A DNA stretch of 64,000 nucleotides, taken from the NCBI RefSeq assembly GCF_006345805.1, contig NC_043019.1, positions 15,933,360 through 15,997,359 on the forward strand, given 5' to 3'. This DNA is from Octopus sinensis (lineage: Eukaryota). Below, piece by piece: positions 26,601 through 40,171 of this stretch (the stretch's first letter is position 1; each line of letters begins with the position of its first letter). The translations under genes were made by a program, and so were the position numbers. The notes under the pieces were generated by a model that was given only the letters and a program-made list of their open reading frames with translations, was not told the origin of the DNA and searched no databases.

Positions 26601-26703
26601 AACCACAACGATCGTTTCGGCCCATTAATCCTTTTCACGGGCGAGATACTATACAACTGGTATGGTGCATCTTTCGGTGCAGATGTGTCTCGTCAGGTGA
26701 CTT
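26601..26703 (-). ncRNA. Type I hammerhead ribozyme-like motif with intact core and long branched stem II
   Basis: Minus strand: AGTCAC-CTGACGA-G...(about 70 nt, two hairpins)...C-GAAA-CGATCG-T-T-GTGGTT; palindromic stem III ACGATCGT. Confidence 0.7.
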
Positions 26704-26789
26704 TTTAAAATGTACCTTGCTCAAAATATATAATTATAATAAATATATATACATGTATGTGTGTAGTATGTATATATGTACGTATGTAT

Positions 26790-26921
26790 ATTTGTATGTA
26801 TGCATGCATGTATGTATGTATGTATGTATGTATGTATGTATGTATGTATGTATGTATGTATGTATGTATCCATGTATTTATGTATGTATGTATGTATGTA
26901 TGTATGTATGTATGTATGTAT
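26790..26921. repeat. (TATG)n microsatellite
   Basis: Direct inspection. Confidence 0.95.
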
Positions 26922-27386
26922 GTGAGAAATAAAATGAAAGTACAGTGAATAAACGCTCCAAGCGGTCAAAACAACTTTATATCATTCCCAAATTATCATA
27001 AATCGAATATAAATACATATTAAAACAACAGGGCACCCAATGGTAAAATCCAAAAGTGTAAAATATACACACATACACGAATAAAAGGTGATAAACCTAA
27101 AAGGGTATTACGAGTGGAGTCGAATGAAAGAAAGTATATGGAATAAATTAATGCATAATAAAAAATACTAAAAATTTAAGGCAATGGAGCTAAATATAAA
27201 TAGATAAATGTAAAAAATATAAATATAAAAATAAAGTGTAAGGTAACCAGAAAAGAGTCCATTCAAGCCCATCTCTACGATCGCCTCGGTGTTACCTGAG
27301 CACTTCCAGCTGCTGTCCAATTTTTAATTTTACTCTTCGTTTTAACGAAATTGCTTTTCGGTTTAACGAAGTAATAAAATTATCTT

Positions 27387-27388
<2 letters not shown>

Positions 27389-27426
<38 letters not shown>

Positions 27427-27447
27427 GAGAGAGAGAGGGGGGGAGGG

Positions 27448-27532
<85 letters not shown>
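27389..27532. repeat. (TA)n-(GA)n-(GATA)n compound microsatellite
   Basis: Direct inspection. Confidence 0.95.
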
Positions 27533-27533
<1 letters not shown>

Positions 27534-28109
27534 GCTGGATTGTACACGTTTTATTACATATCACTACAATTGTTTCAATACGTCATTATCAACTGTTCAT
27601 TGCTGAATGTTACATATGTTATAAACAACGTTACGTTGATATCACTCAGCTATAGTGGCATATGCATCACCTCGGTTGAGTAAAGTAAGACGCTCTATTA
27701 TATCAGATTCTTATTTTCCACCTTATGTACCTACATCGAAATACTATTCTTAGCATTCTACATATAAAGAAATACAAATTACTAAAAAAAAAACCCAGAA
27801 ATAATAAAAATGAAAATAATGGAAGGAAATAAAACAAAGAACAAAGAATCAGCATATTTATTCAGCCCTAAACCACAATCTCATCATCGTCGGCTGGAAT
27901 TGTAGAAAAAATAAGTATAAACATTTAAGAATAAGAATGTCATAAAAATGTAAACTTTATCAATTAACCATCTCTTATGCTTGTCAAGGTTCCACTTCAA
28001 AGAAATCCAATGACATAATTTCACTTCCTCAGCACACACACACACATATGACAGTTGGTTTTGCGGGTTGAAAATGCACGTTATTAAATCTTGTAACAGA
28101 TTTATTAGA

Positions 28110-28151
28110 ATACCAAACCGGTTTCAACTAGTTTTTGTTTATCAATGGTAT
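28110..28151 (-). ncRNA. Degenerate minimal hammerhead motif
   Basis: Minus strand: ATACCA-TTGATAA-ACAAAAACTAGTT-GAAA-CCGG-T-T-TGGTAT; perfect 6-bp stem I, two transitions in the core. Confidence 0.55.
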
Positions 28152-28725
28152 ATAAAAAAAAGTATAGGAGAGATTGAAGGTAGAAGGAAAAGTTTAGAAA
28201 ACATCCTTATAGGATCAAATGATCATACAAATTTCATAATTCAATAAATTTCACAGAGATAGACAGTAATATAAATTCAAATGTTCGATGAATTTTCATA
28301 ACAGCCATACATATTTGTAAGTTCAGTAATATTGAGTAATATTAGATACGATGAAGTTTTTAAAAGAGTAAGCAGGAAAAAAGAAAAAAAAGAAAAATGT
28401 TCTTTACAATTTCTATCAAAGTGTACGAAGGCGGATTCTTCGTTGCTGGTTTTGCTAGTGAGAGCTTATACTGGTTTAAGCGAAAATTGCTGTGTATATA
28501 TAGGTTTTCAAGTTCTGATTGGTTGTAAATTTAATGACGTCACTTGTTTTTGTCCGCCTTTGGTCTAGTATTTCGCCTAGCTGACTGCCTGAATATGTCA
28601 CTTGTTTCTCGAACGTTCTGCTCACTTATTTTGGTTTGGCAGATGCAAATAATATCGACCATATAAATGACTTTATTTTCTAAATGTCTAAGTCTCTTGA
28701 CTGCATGAAATAAGATAAGAGAATT

Positions 28726-28770
28726 GCTGTGCTGATGATGCCTACTGAGGCAGGAACATGCGTTCACAAC
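28726..28770 (+). ncRNA. Type I hammerhead ribozyme motif (one core substitution)
   Basis: GCTGTG-CTGATGA-TGCCT(ACTG)AGGCA-GGAA-CATGCG-T-T-CACAAC; perfect 5-bp stem II. Confidence 0.7.
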
Positions 28771-28837
28771 TGTCCTCTTATCTCCTGACAAAAAGCCTGA
28801 CACTGTCTTTAATGGCTCGTTAAATGTTGTGTGTGTG

Positions 28838-29111
28838 AAGGTGCGTGGCCTACTGTTTAAGGTGTTGCACCCTAACCGCTAGGACCGAACGGCGTATTGT
28901 GTTCTTGAGCAAAATACATCATTTCCCGTTGCTTCAGTCCACTTCAGCTGTAAATGGGTCGCCCCTGAGACGGACTAGCCTTCCGGTCAGGGAAAAAATT
29001 GTCCTGCTCGTCTAGCCAGTGGGGTGGCATCGTTCGGAAGCTAAAATTATGCATAGCTCATTGTGACCAACAGTGTATAACAACATCCGATAGTCCAGTT
29101 GATCACGTGAT
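28838..29111 (+). mobile_element. tRNA-derived SINE (second family, tail variant ending GATCACGTGATA)
   Basis: GAAGGTGCGTGGCCTACTG head; tail matches the reverse complement of 48230-48350. Confidence 0.7.
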
Positions 29112-29277
29112 ATTCATTTATAACTGATACTGTTTTTTCTATACATTGCAACAGTACAAGGAACATTGTCAGAATAAACGATTTAATACATGTACAAAGT
29201 GTGTGATATTGTAACTCACAACTACCAAATCCATCAATTACATGGAATTCACTTTACTTTTGTACAAGGCTCTATAG

Positions 29278-29886
29278 CAGGGTCTCTCAACCATTTTTTT
29301 TTATCTATGGACCCCTTTAATTATTGTTTTATTCTGGTGAACTCCCATAGCCATGCAATGTTTAAAAACTTGTTTTATAGAAACTTCTTTCAAAATTCCT
29401 ATTTTGTTTTTCACACGTTCACTTGTGTAGGTTGAACTATGTAAAATGTTAGAGAAAGAAACCTAACTGTTTCTTGTAATACATACCAATTACATACTTC
29501 TAAATCTTTTCAGGGGCCCTTAGAATAATATTGTGGATCCCCAATTTATTATTTTGCTTGTGTGGATCCCCTTTGATAACTATTTTATTCTGGTGGATTC
29601 CCATAGCCATTCGATTTTTAGAAACTAGTTTTACAGAAACTTCTTTCAAAATTCCTATTTCGTTCTCCTCACATTCACTTGTGTTGGTTGAACTATGTAA
29701 AATGTTAGAGAATTGCACCTAGTTGTTTCTTACAATGCATACCAATACATACGTCTAAAGCAAATTTTTTTCAGAGGCCCTTGAAATACAATTGTGTACC
29801 TCCAATTTACTATTTTGTTTTGTGGACCTCCAAAAATCTTATATGGACCCTCAGGGGCCACATGGAACCCTGGTTGAGAACCATTA
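29278..29886. mobile_element. hAT (Charlie-like) MITE with internal tandem duplication
   Basis: TIRs CAGGGTCTCTCAACC / GGTTGAGAACCATTA; 8-bp flanks CTCTATAG / TTCTGTAG; internal block of about 257 bp repeated. Confidence 0.8.
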
Positions 29887-30212
29887 TTCTGTAGTAACAA
29901 GACGACATCTCTTCTGAGTTCAGCTATATATTTTGTTAGAAGACAATACTATAAGAGGTAAGAGATTTTAAAGTATTGGTTCGAAAATATCGATGTGACT
30001 TTTTGTGTAGTACCGAGATTTGATAAGATTTTGTTTCACAATAGTGTAAAATATGTACTTAAGACACAATTTTCAAAGTATTGGTAGTTCGTGATTTTAG
30101 ATTAAATTGCTGTTTTTATACTGCATAGCATTAGTGTTATGATGCCATGATTTTAGATTAAGTGGTCACTTTTACATAACTGTGGTTTGCATTAAAGCTG
30201 AATGTTAAGTTG

Positions 30213-30522
30213 TGAAGATGCGTGGCTTAGTGGTTAGGGAATTCGGCTCACGGTAATAAGAACGTAAGTTCGACTCCCGGCGGCGCAGTGAGTCTGTGTA
30301 CAAGCTTTATTTCACGTTGCTCCAGTACACTTAGCTGACAAAAATCAGTAATACCTGTATTTCAAAGGGCCAGCCTTGTCACACTCTGAATCACGCTGAA
30401 TCTCTCTGAGAACTACGTTAAGGATACACGTGTCTGTGGAGTGCTCAGCCACTTGAATGTTAATTTCATAAGTTGATCGAATCAGCTGGAACACTCGTCG
30501 TTATAACTGATGGAGTGCCAGT
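30213..30522 (+). mobile_element. tRNA-derived SINE (second family), full length
   Basis: A box TGGCTTAGTGG, B box AGTTCGACTCC, body GAGAACTACGTTAAGG...GGAGTGCTCAGCCACTTG; copies at 54140, 59018 and 47097. Confidence 0.85.
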
Positions 30523-30617
30523 TAAATATTTTAATTTTGTATCCGGTTATTAATTGTTAAGCTGCTGATATTCTAAGCTAATAAAGATACTAATGTCTTG
30601 AGCCCATAATTTTAGAT

Positions 30618-30955
30618 CAGTGGTTCTCAACCATTTTTTAGCTAGGGATCCCTTTCATTACTATTCTATTCCGGTGAATCCCTATAGCCATTCGGTGTTT
30701 AAAAACTAGCTTTATAGATGCTTCTTTCAAATTCCTATTTTGTTTGTTCACACATCAACTTGCGAAGGTTGAATTATATAGAATGTCAGAGAAAGAAACC
30801 AAACCGCTTCTTGCAGTAAATACACCAAAATCAAAATTTTTCATGGACCCTTAAAATACCACTGCGAATCCCTAATTTACTATTTTGCTAGCGTGGACCC
30901 CCACAAAAGCATACATGGACTCAATGGTCACACGGACCCTAGTTGAGAACAACTG
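30618..30955. mobile_element. hAT (Charlie-like) MITE, same family as 29278
   Basis: TIRs CAGTGGTTCTCAAC / GTTGAGAACAACTG; TSD TTTTAGAT / TTTTAAAT. Confidence 0.85.
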
Positions 30956-31119
30956 TTTTAAATCAAGTTGTTATTTTTTCTACTTTGGTCCGATTTTAAA
31001 TGATTACATTAGTGTCATGGTACATCGACTGCACTCAGGAAAATCTATTTCGATTGTACATGATGAGGATTCAATAAGGAAAGTTTTTGAAAACAAACAT
31101 GAACTAATTACAAAATTTA

Positions 31120-31680
31120 TTGGTAGAGTCGGAAAAAGTCCAAGACGTTTGATGCATAAATCCCAGTCCTTTTACCAGTTTATACAATGTAATTGTTCAA
31201 TAACATAATTTAGCAAGCAATTGTACGAGTCCACTACTTGAACACTTGCCAAAAACGTGAATGTGTGTCTTGATGGCGTTTACACACGCATTCTACGAGG
31301 CATTCGGAATATTTCCTAAAAAAAGATCATTCAACCGAAGACCTGTATGGTAGACTTGTTGCAATTATTGATATAATTAGGGGGAGAAAAAGAGAGAGAG
31401 AGAGTTAGAGAGAGACGCATACGTTTTGCAAGGCGTAACTGTAGACCTAAGCTAAAATTCATCAGTGATACACGTTTATGAATGCCTCAACATGGATATA
31501 CAAGTTGAACAAATACATTCACCAACCAGCTCTGTACGAACACGGGATGTTTCTTTCTTGGTGTGATCTAGTCGAGAAAAGCCAAGCACGCTCAACCAGA
31601 TGGTTTAAAAATAAGATGCAGCTATATCCCTCAAATGAGGAATCTTATAGCACACAAGCCAACTAAATTAGCTGAGGCTA
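31120..31680 (+). mobile_element. Decayed RTE-group LINE C-terminal fragment
   Basis: TLAKNVNVCLDGVYTRILRGIRNIS*K...LYGRL...RRIRFA follows the WTL...LDG.YTRMLR..NISW...RRLRFAGH pattern. Confidence 0.7.
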
Positions 31681-32823
31681 ACTGTCCATGCACAAATATA
31701 AACGTATTTCCTATTAACTAGTCGTGTAATACTGAACCGATTATAAATGAAGTAGAGATTACTGTTACAAAAATTGAACCCGAATATAGTAATTAAAAAT
31801 TATATAGTTATGATGGAAGATAGATTTGTATATCATTACTTCAATCATACTTTTTCTTTAGACACATCGATACAGGAACTCAAAATCACTATCCAATTTG
31901 AAAGAATATTATATTGATTTTAAACTTTGAAAGATCATGATAGCGATTTTGATAGCAATTAGAAGAGCCTTCGACGATACACGCCATATATGAATGGGAT
32001 ATGAAGATGCAGGTTATGTATAATTGAAAAAAAGTGTCATAAATACAAGAGCAGAGATTTCTTACAAATAAGTCGTCATTCGGATAAATAATTTCTAAAA
32101 TATTAGAAGTTCACACAATCACCAGATTACATCGATCAACAATGAGTAATCACAATCTCGTTTGATTCTTTATCTTCTAGTTTTACCCATTTCAATAAAC
32201 TTCACCAACACAATATAACTCTCGAAACTCTCTATATTACTTTTAATGGTTGAAGGAGTTTTACTTAGTTTTATCTTTGTTCAGCATATCTCCGTTTCGG
32301 ATTCATTTCAAATACAAACTAGTTAAAAACCGGAAAACCAAAACTTACAATTCATTCAACTGACATATATAATCAAGTATTATCAGCAACACTTCTTCCT
32401 CTTTTTCCGTACTTCACCTCATTTCATTTCCTTAATTTCATGCCCTTCAATTCAGATCCTTGAAGGCTACTACAATGAATATTTGACATAACATTTCATA
32501 ACTAGCTTTCATTCTCCAACTTGCACCGAACATCATTTTGTATCTTGCAACACCGTGTAACATTTTATAACACCTAATACTATGCAATGCCAGTTCAAAT
32601 TCCGTCGAGGTCAACTTTGTATTTCATCCTTTCGTGGTCGATAGAATAAGTACCAGGTTGAACACTGGGGTCGACTTAATCGACTTAGCCCCTCCTCCAA
32701 GCCTGCTGGCCTTGTGCCAAAATTTGAAAACAATATTATTAAATACCTAATAATACCATGTTAATCTTGCACCTTCACTGTTTCACGTCACCTCGCACAT
32801 CACGTGACCACCACATCTCTCTT

Positions 32824-32870
<47 letters not shown>

Positions 32871-32967
32871 CACACACACACCTTTTTATGTTTATCTTAT
32901 TTTTTTCCTTTTTTCTTTTCTTAGTTTTCTTATTCAATTTAACTCATTTTCAGAGTTTAGAAAATCT

Positions 32968-33372
32968 GAAGGCGTGGCTGCATGGTAAGAAGCTTGCTTC
33001 CCAACCACATGGTTCCGGGTCCAGTCCAGTTGCGTGGCACCTTGGGCAAGTATCTTCTACTATAGCCCTTGGGCCGATCAAAGCCTTGTGAGTGGATTTG
33101 GTAGACGGAAACTGAAAGAAACCCGTCGTATATATATATGTAATATCTTTGTGTGTATGTGTCATTATGTCTCTTTTTGTCTCCCCCATCACCGCTTGAC
33201 AACCGGTGTTGGTGTGTTTACGTCCCCGTAACTTAGCGGTTCAGCAAATGAGACTGATAAAATAAGTACTAGGCTTAAAAAATAAGTTTCGGGTTCAATT
33301 TGTTCGACTAAAACCCCTCTAGGTGGTACTCCAGCATGGCTGCAGTCAAATGACTGAAACATGTAAAAAAGA
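32968..33372 (+). mobile_element. SINE (dominant family), full length
   Basis: GGCGTGGCTGCATGGTAAGAAG head through CTCCAGCATGGCTGCAGTCAAATGACTGAAAC tail. Confidence 0.9.
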
Positions 33373-33384
33373 AAACCCAAAGAC

Positions 33385-33960
33385 TACATACATACATACA
33401 CACACACATACATACATACATATATACATACATACATATATACATACATACACACACACATACATACATACATACATACATACAGACAGACACACACACA
33501 CATACATACACACACACATACACACATACATACATACATACATACATACACACACACACCACACACACATACATACATACATACATACACACATACACAC
33601 ACACATACATACATACACACATACACACATACACACATACATACATACATACATACATACACACACACACATACACACATACATACATACATACATACAC
33701 ATACACATACACACATACATACATACATGCATACACACACATACATACATACATACATACTTACTTACATACATACATACATACATACTTACTTACATAC
33801 ATACATACATACATACACACATACATACATACATACATACATACATACATACATACATACATACATACACACATACATACATACACACATACACACATAC
33901 TACATACATACATACATACATACATACATACATACATACATACATACTTACATACACACT
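33385..33960. repeat. (TACA)n/(CA)n array
   Basis: Direct inspection. Confidence 0.95.
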
Positions 33961-34645
33961 CACATCCATAAATCCATCTATTTATGATTGTGGTGTGTGG
34001 GTGTGTATAGTTAATATCGCACATTGTATTGCCGTAGTCACTTCTCTTGACTATTAAACCAAGTTTAATCAGCCATTCCCCTTTCTCCATCTCTGTTTCT
34101 TCTACTTCCCTCTCTTTCTCTCTGGTCTTCTCCGTTCGTTCGACCCATCTGTTCTCTTCTGTATTTGCTTCTCTAGTTTATCTCTCGTACAGTCGTCGTC
34201 ATAGTCGTCGTAGCCGTACTAGTCACTGTTATTGTTTTTTTTTTCCTCTCTTTTCTCCTCTTTTCTACTTGACTCACACCTCCACTCAGTTCTTTCTCCG
34301 TTTTTTTATATTCACCTTCTCTTTCTCTTCCGCCCGTCCTGTAACCAAAATTCATTCCTGAATTACACCCCATCCTTCCCCCCCTCTCTCTCTCCCTCTT
34401 TGGCTTTCTTTATTCTGTATCTACAAATAGTGTTACATTCAGATCATTTTACACACACACACGCACATACACTGTCACACATACACACACAAATAAACAA
34501 ACACACACAAACAAACAAACACACACATGGACGCATGCACACGTATACATACACACAACCGAAGCGCACATACATACGTTTATGAATACAAACGCTCGTA
34601 CGTACGCAATCATTCATTCACTCGCACATAAACGCGTGGACATGA

Positions 34646-34698
<53 letters not shown>

Positions 34699-35334
34699 CG
34701 CATACATACATACATACATACATTTTCATGCACATATACACGTACACATACGCGCACGCATAATAATCAACACGCGCACGCGCACGCACACACAACAACA
34801 CACACACTCAGAGGAATAAGCAGAAATACACATATCATAAACTGGTCGAACGAGAAAAGAAATGGACAAATTGCTTTGTCGTAGCTGAGTTCAAATTCAA
34901 CCGAACTCGACATTGCTTTTCATCCTTAATGGGTCGGGAGCACAGGAGAAGCTTTAAAGAAGTAGCATTCATTATTGTTTATTCCGAGGCGGCAAGCTCG
35001 AAGAATAGGGAGCGCGTGGGACAAAATACTTAGTCGCCTTTCTTCTGGTTCCCCGCCGAGGTCAGCTTTGCTTTTCATTCTTCCAGGGACAATAAAACAA
35101 AGAACTGGTCAAGTATCAAGGTCAATTAAATCAACAAACTCACTTCCCTAAAATTGCTTGTCTTGTGCCAACATTTGAAACCGTTACTGTTAAACGCTAA
35201 GACATCCTTGATATAGAAATTCCTTACTAATGAGCGTATCCTTTTTTCAGATCCCTGAGCGTGATTTGTGGGGCATTCCATTGCTATTTCTAGCAGGTCG
35301 AGTGACTACATAGAGGTTATATTTTGTATTGTGT

Positions 35335-35408
<74 letters not shown>

Positions 35409-35593
35409 ACACGCACGCACACTCATACACACAAAAACACGTGGCGCGCATGCAAACACACTCACACACACAAGGCGAATCAATAACAAAAGACGAATTC
35501 AAAAGTAACAAAATTCCACGAGGCATTCCCAGTGAACATTATCATTTTGGTGCTCGAAGAAAGTAATCATTATGTGGAAGTTGTGAGCAAAAT

Positions 35594-35628
35594 GTATGAC
35601 GTTTCGGGCATAACTCTTCATCGTATAT
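35594..35628 (-). ncRNA. Degenerate minimal hammerhead motif (same family as 2173)
   Basis: Minus strand: ATAT-ACGATGA-A-GAGT(TAT)GCCC-GAAA-CG-T-C-ATAC. Confidence 0.5.
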
Positions 35629-35950
35629 GATGTGATGATTCAGAAAAATGATATGGCTTGAGTAGCGAGTTTTTGTGAAGAGCAAAGGATAGAAGTGTAC
35701 AGAGGATTTCCAACAATGAGGAGGAAGTGAGCGAGAAGAAAGTGAAGATACTTGAAGAAAATATGAAGTCAGGTATGGTGATAGATTGGAAGTGTTGAAA
35801 GGAGTGAGGGAGAGCGAAGTATGGAGGAAGCAGTATAATGAAAAGAAAAGGAAGAAAGGTATAATAGTCACAGACGAACTAAGATTTACAATCAAGTGTG
35901 AAGAATCGACGAATTCTCAGAAATAATCCAATGGTGTAACATAATCCGGA

Positions 35951-36307
<357 letters not shown>

Positions 36308-36590
36308 ATATATGAATTAGCTATAAGGATTCAATAAAATCTAGGCACTTCAATGCGTAGGACGCCAGAGATGGCTAAGTACGACAACATAAAGTTCACA
36401 GTGAGGTGAAGAGCAATAAAAGTATCAAGTACTTGCAGGATACTGTAGATATGTAAGTACCAAATCTAATTTAAACCGAAGATCCGACTCTGGGGCTGGT
36501 TCTAGGCGTGGCATAGGTATAAAAAGAGAACGAATGGCGTTCAAAACTTACACCATAAAAGTCAGGATGCATGATGAGAAGTAAATATTT

Positions 36591-36928
36591 ATTTATTTAA
36601 CAAACTGACGTACTTAGAGTTACGGCCGTTCTTCATGTAGTATTAATTTAAGTGTGGAAGAAATTATGCTCGGTATTATATACCACAAATATATATTCGC
36701 AAACCAGTGCGAATTAAGAAAGCCAGCTCATTAGATCACCACAACATCATGGTTACACCAAGAACTGAACTCACATTCACTTGCAAATATGTAATTGCAT
36801 TGTATAATACCGTGTATGCATATTAATGCAAACATATAAGCAACATTTCTTCCGCATTTCTTCCAATACTACGCGATGAGGGTTTCGAAACGGCCGCAAT
36901 TCTAAGGATACTGTGTGATTAAATAAAT
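36591..36928. repeat. Old inverted repeat pair carrying hammerhead 3' halves
   Basis: CTTAGAGTTACGGCCGTT...GTAGTATT (about 36613-36644) versus AATACTAC-GCGATGA...GAAACGGCCGCAATTCTAAG (36865-36906). Confidence 0.55.
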
Positions 36929-36936
36929 TCTTACAG

Positions 36937-37167
36937 TGAAGGCAGCGAACTGGCAGTAACATTAGCACGCCGGACGAAATGCGTAGCCGTATTTCGTCTG
37001 CCGTTACGTTCTGAGTTCAAATTCCGCCGAGGTCGACTTTGCCTTTCATCCTTTCGGGGTCGATAAATTAAGTACCAGTTACGCACTGGCGTCGATGTAA
37101 TCGACTTAATCCGTTTGTCTGTCCTTGTTGGTCCCCTCTATGCTTAGCCCGTTGTGGGCAATAAAGA
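36937..37167 (+). mobile_element. tRNA-derived SINE (third family) with 19-bp TSD
   Basis: B box GAGTTCAAATTCC; core GCCTTTCATCCTTTCGGGGTCGATAAATTAAGTACC; TSD ATTAAATAA(A/T)TTCTTACAG at 36918-36936 and 37168-37186. Confidence 0.92.
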
Positions 37168-38821
37168 ATTAAATAATTTCTTACAGCTGCAAGCTAATGA
37201 AGTTCATAACAATTCTTTTATTTCCCTTGGCGTCCTAATTTCACACACACACACACACGTTCTTGAAATGACTTTAGCAGCATGGCTAAATAAACTTAAT
37301 CCTACGTGTTTCTTCCACCATATGGGCTAAAAATGCATTGAAGAGGACACTTTAAACTTTGACTCTAAGAAGAGCGAAATCGGTTAGTAAAATTTGATTT
37401 TCTTTTTCCTGTAAAAGCTCTTCGGTTAAACATGTACGAAAATTTATTCAGTATAACTTTTTTACAGATCAAGTTTTTCATAGGAAAACTTTTTTCTGTA
37501 CGAAAACTTGTCAGTAAAATATGTTTCTCTCTCTATTTTCGTGTATAAGACTCGCTTTGTGAAAATATACACTAATATTTTACAGTAAAACGTTTTTATG
37601 AAAACATTTTTAATGTGAAAACATATTTGCATCTTTATTTTCGTATATATAAATATGTAATAGCAATATTTTACCTTCTACTTAAAAAAAATAAAGCTTA
37701 TTTTATTCAAATACAAATATATACAGTTATATGCTCGTGCGCGCACACACAATGAAGGCAATGTACACAAAAAGAAAAGAAAAGTCTGGAAGGAGACGTT
37801 TTATCAAAAGTTATAGTAATTTAACATTTAACACAAAGGAAAAGTGCTTCAACGTTTTGGAACGCCAGTCCTTCATCGTAAAGATAGACAAGAAAGATAA
37901 AGGATATGTGTATGTGTGTGTATGCGTGTGCGCGTGTAGTGAGTTGTTGTTTAGCACCAGGTCAGCTCTAGTCAAAGACATTTTAGCCTCGACCATTTCG
38001 TCTTATTTTCAAAAATATAGCATAGCTAGACCGCTCGCGAATGGTAATTTAAGGCTAAAATTCACAAATTTCCAGCCAAATATAGATGGAATAATAACTG
38101 ATATTCTCCAAACACATATCTCACATTAGCTATTTTGACTATATCAATATAATATGACTAAATTTTTATTGTTTTTACCAATTTTTTGAGAATTTTCATT
38201 AAATTTCTTTAAATATTTCTTATTTAAAAGCGGTAAAAACACAAAAGAACGAAGGAATTATTGTTTTTATATTGAGAAATTTTCAATTAAATTTACTTTT
38301 AATTTTATTTCAAGAATTTACATGATGGGGGTCCGATAAGTTATCAACGATCTCGTGAAAGGGTCAGTAATAATTAAGTTGTGTTGACCCCTATATAAAA
38401 CAGGTCCGACTCCCGCAAAAAGCATAAACGTTGGTAGCATTAGCATGCTTTTGCGAATTATTTTAATGACCGAATAGTCTCAGATATAGGCACACTCTTA
38501 GCCTTCTCACTCATGACTAAGCGACACGTCCTTGGGGTAACAGATGGAGGAAGAGAGAGATGCACTAGCTCCTGGTTGGTACTTATCACAGTTGAGTGCG
38601 ATAGAATAAAGCAATGTGGAATGATGTGCCTTGTTGGAACACACGCACACACACACACACACACATACACACATACACACACACACACACACACACCACA
38701 CACACAAATGTGAGTCATAATTTGTAGAATTTCTTTATTTAGTCTTTATTATTCCAACTGTCTGATGAACGGTCAAATAAAACTGATTAAAAGTTTGAAG
38801 TTTTAATTGGTTCTAATAAAA

Positions 38822-39333
38822 TAGGAGTGGCTGTGTGGTAAGTAGCTTGCTTACCAACCACATGGTGCCGGGTTCAGTCTCACTAGGTGGCTCCTTTGTC
38901 TTCTTCTATAGCCTCGGGCCGACCAGAGCCTTGTGAGTGGATCTGGTAGGCGAAAACTGAAAGAAACCCGTCGTATACATTTTTGTAAATTCCAACTATA
39001 TATATATTTTTTTTCTGTAGTTTCAGCTCAGAGCTGCGGCCATGCTGATGCACTGCCGTTATTTGAACTCAGAACTTCGCTAAGCATTCTGCCTGGTGGG
39101 CTAACGAGTCTGTCATATATATGTATATGTTTGTGTGTTTGTATTTGTCCCCACCTAACATCGCTTGACAACCGATGCTGGCGTGTTTACGTCCGCGTAA
39201 CTTAGCGGTTCGACAAAACAGATCGATAGAATAAGTACTAGGCTTACAAAGAATAAGTCCTGGGGTCGATTTGCTGGACTAAAGGCGGTGCTCCAGCATG
39301 GCCGCAGTTAAATGACTGAAACAATTAAAAGAA
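38822..39333 (+). mobile_element. SINE (dominant family), full length with a short nested inverted tail
   Basis: GGAGTGGCTGTGTGGTAAGTAG head; canonical tail at 39280-39333; inverted tail piece at about 39010-39060. Confidence 0.9.
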
Positions 39334-39353
39334 TACATACATCCATACATACA

Positions 39354-39448
<95 letters not shown>

Positions 39449-39675
39449 GTGTATATACTTCCATACACACTCATATCTGCGTCAAGCAAACAAAGAATTG
39501 TACATTTACTTTAAATATGTTAAATTATAGCTTTGAAATATTGATTGTATTATTATTGTGTTGTTGTGACAACTGACACACTGCAGCCTCAGTCAGCATA
39601 ATTAGACTCAATTAGATGGAACACAAGTTAGTGAAGTGTAAACAAGCATTTAATTAAACTGTTATACATATGTGA

Positions 39676-39717
<42 letters not shown>

Positions 39718-40171
39718 TATGTGTTTGTAGGTATATGAATGCATATATACGCATTTATGTGTATACATATATATGTATATCGATACGTACACACATACAT
39801 ACAGATACATATATATATATATATACATATACATACAAATATATGTATACATATATGCGTGCATACGTATATACATACACGCATACCTTTAGATATATGC
39901 ATACATATATACGCACATACATATGTATGTATATGTACGTATGCATATATACATACATACATATACTCACACACACATATCTACATGTGTAGATATGTAT
40001 ACACATACATACATACATATACGCATACAAAAGTTTGCGCATGTGATTAAATGAATATATTAACTTATATCTTTATATTTATTTATGTATTCATACGCAC
40101 ACACACATACATACACAAATACATATAAACACATGAACACACGCGTATATCTGTATAGATTGTGGTGGTAG

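Noticed and set aside
30213-30290. tRNA-like A and B boxes (also at 32968, 36940, 38822, 54140)
   Set aside because: These are SINE heads that continue into SINE bodies, with no complete cloverleaf.
36390-36460. ATG followed by a GTAAGT donor on the plus strand
   Set aside because: In-frame stop before the donor and no other exon evidence.
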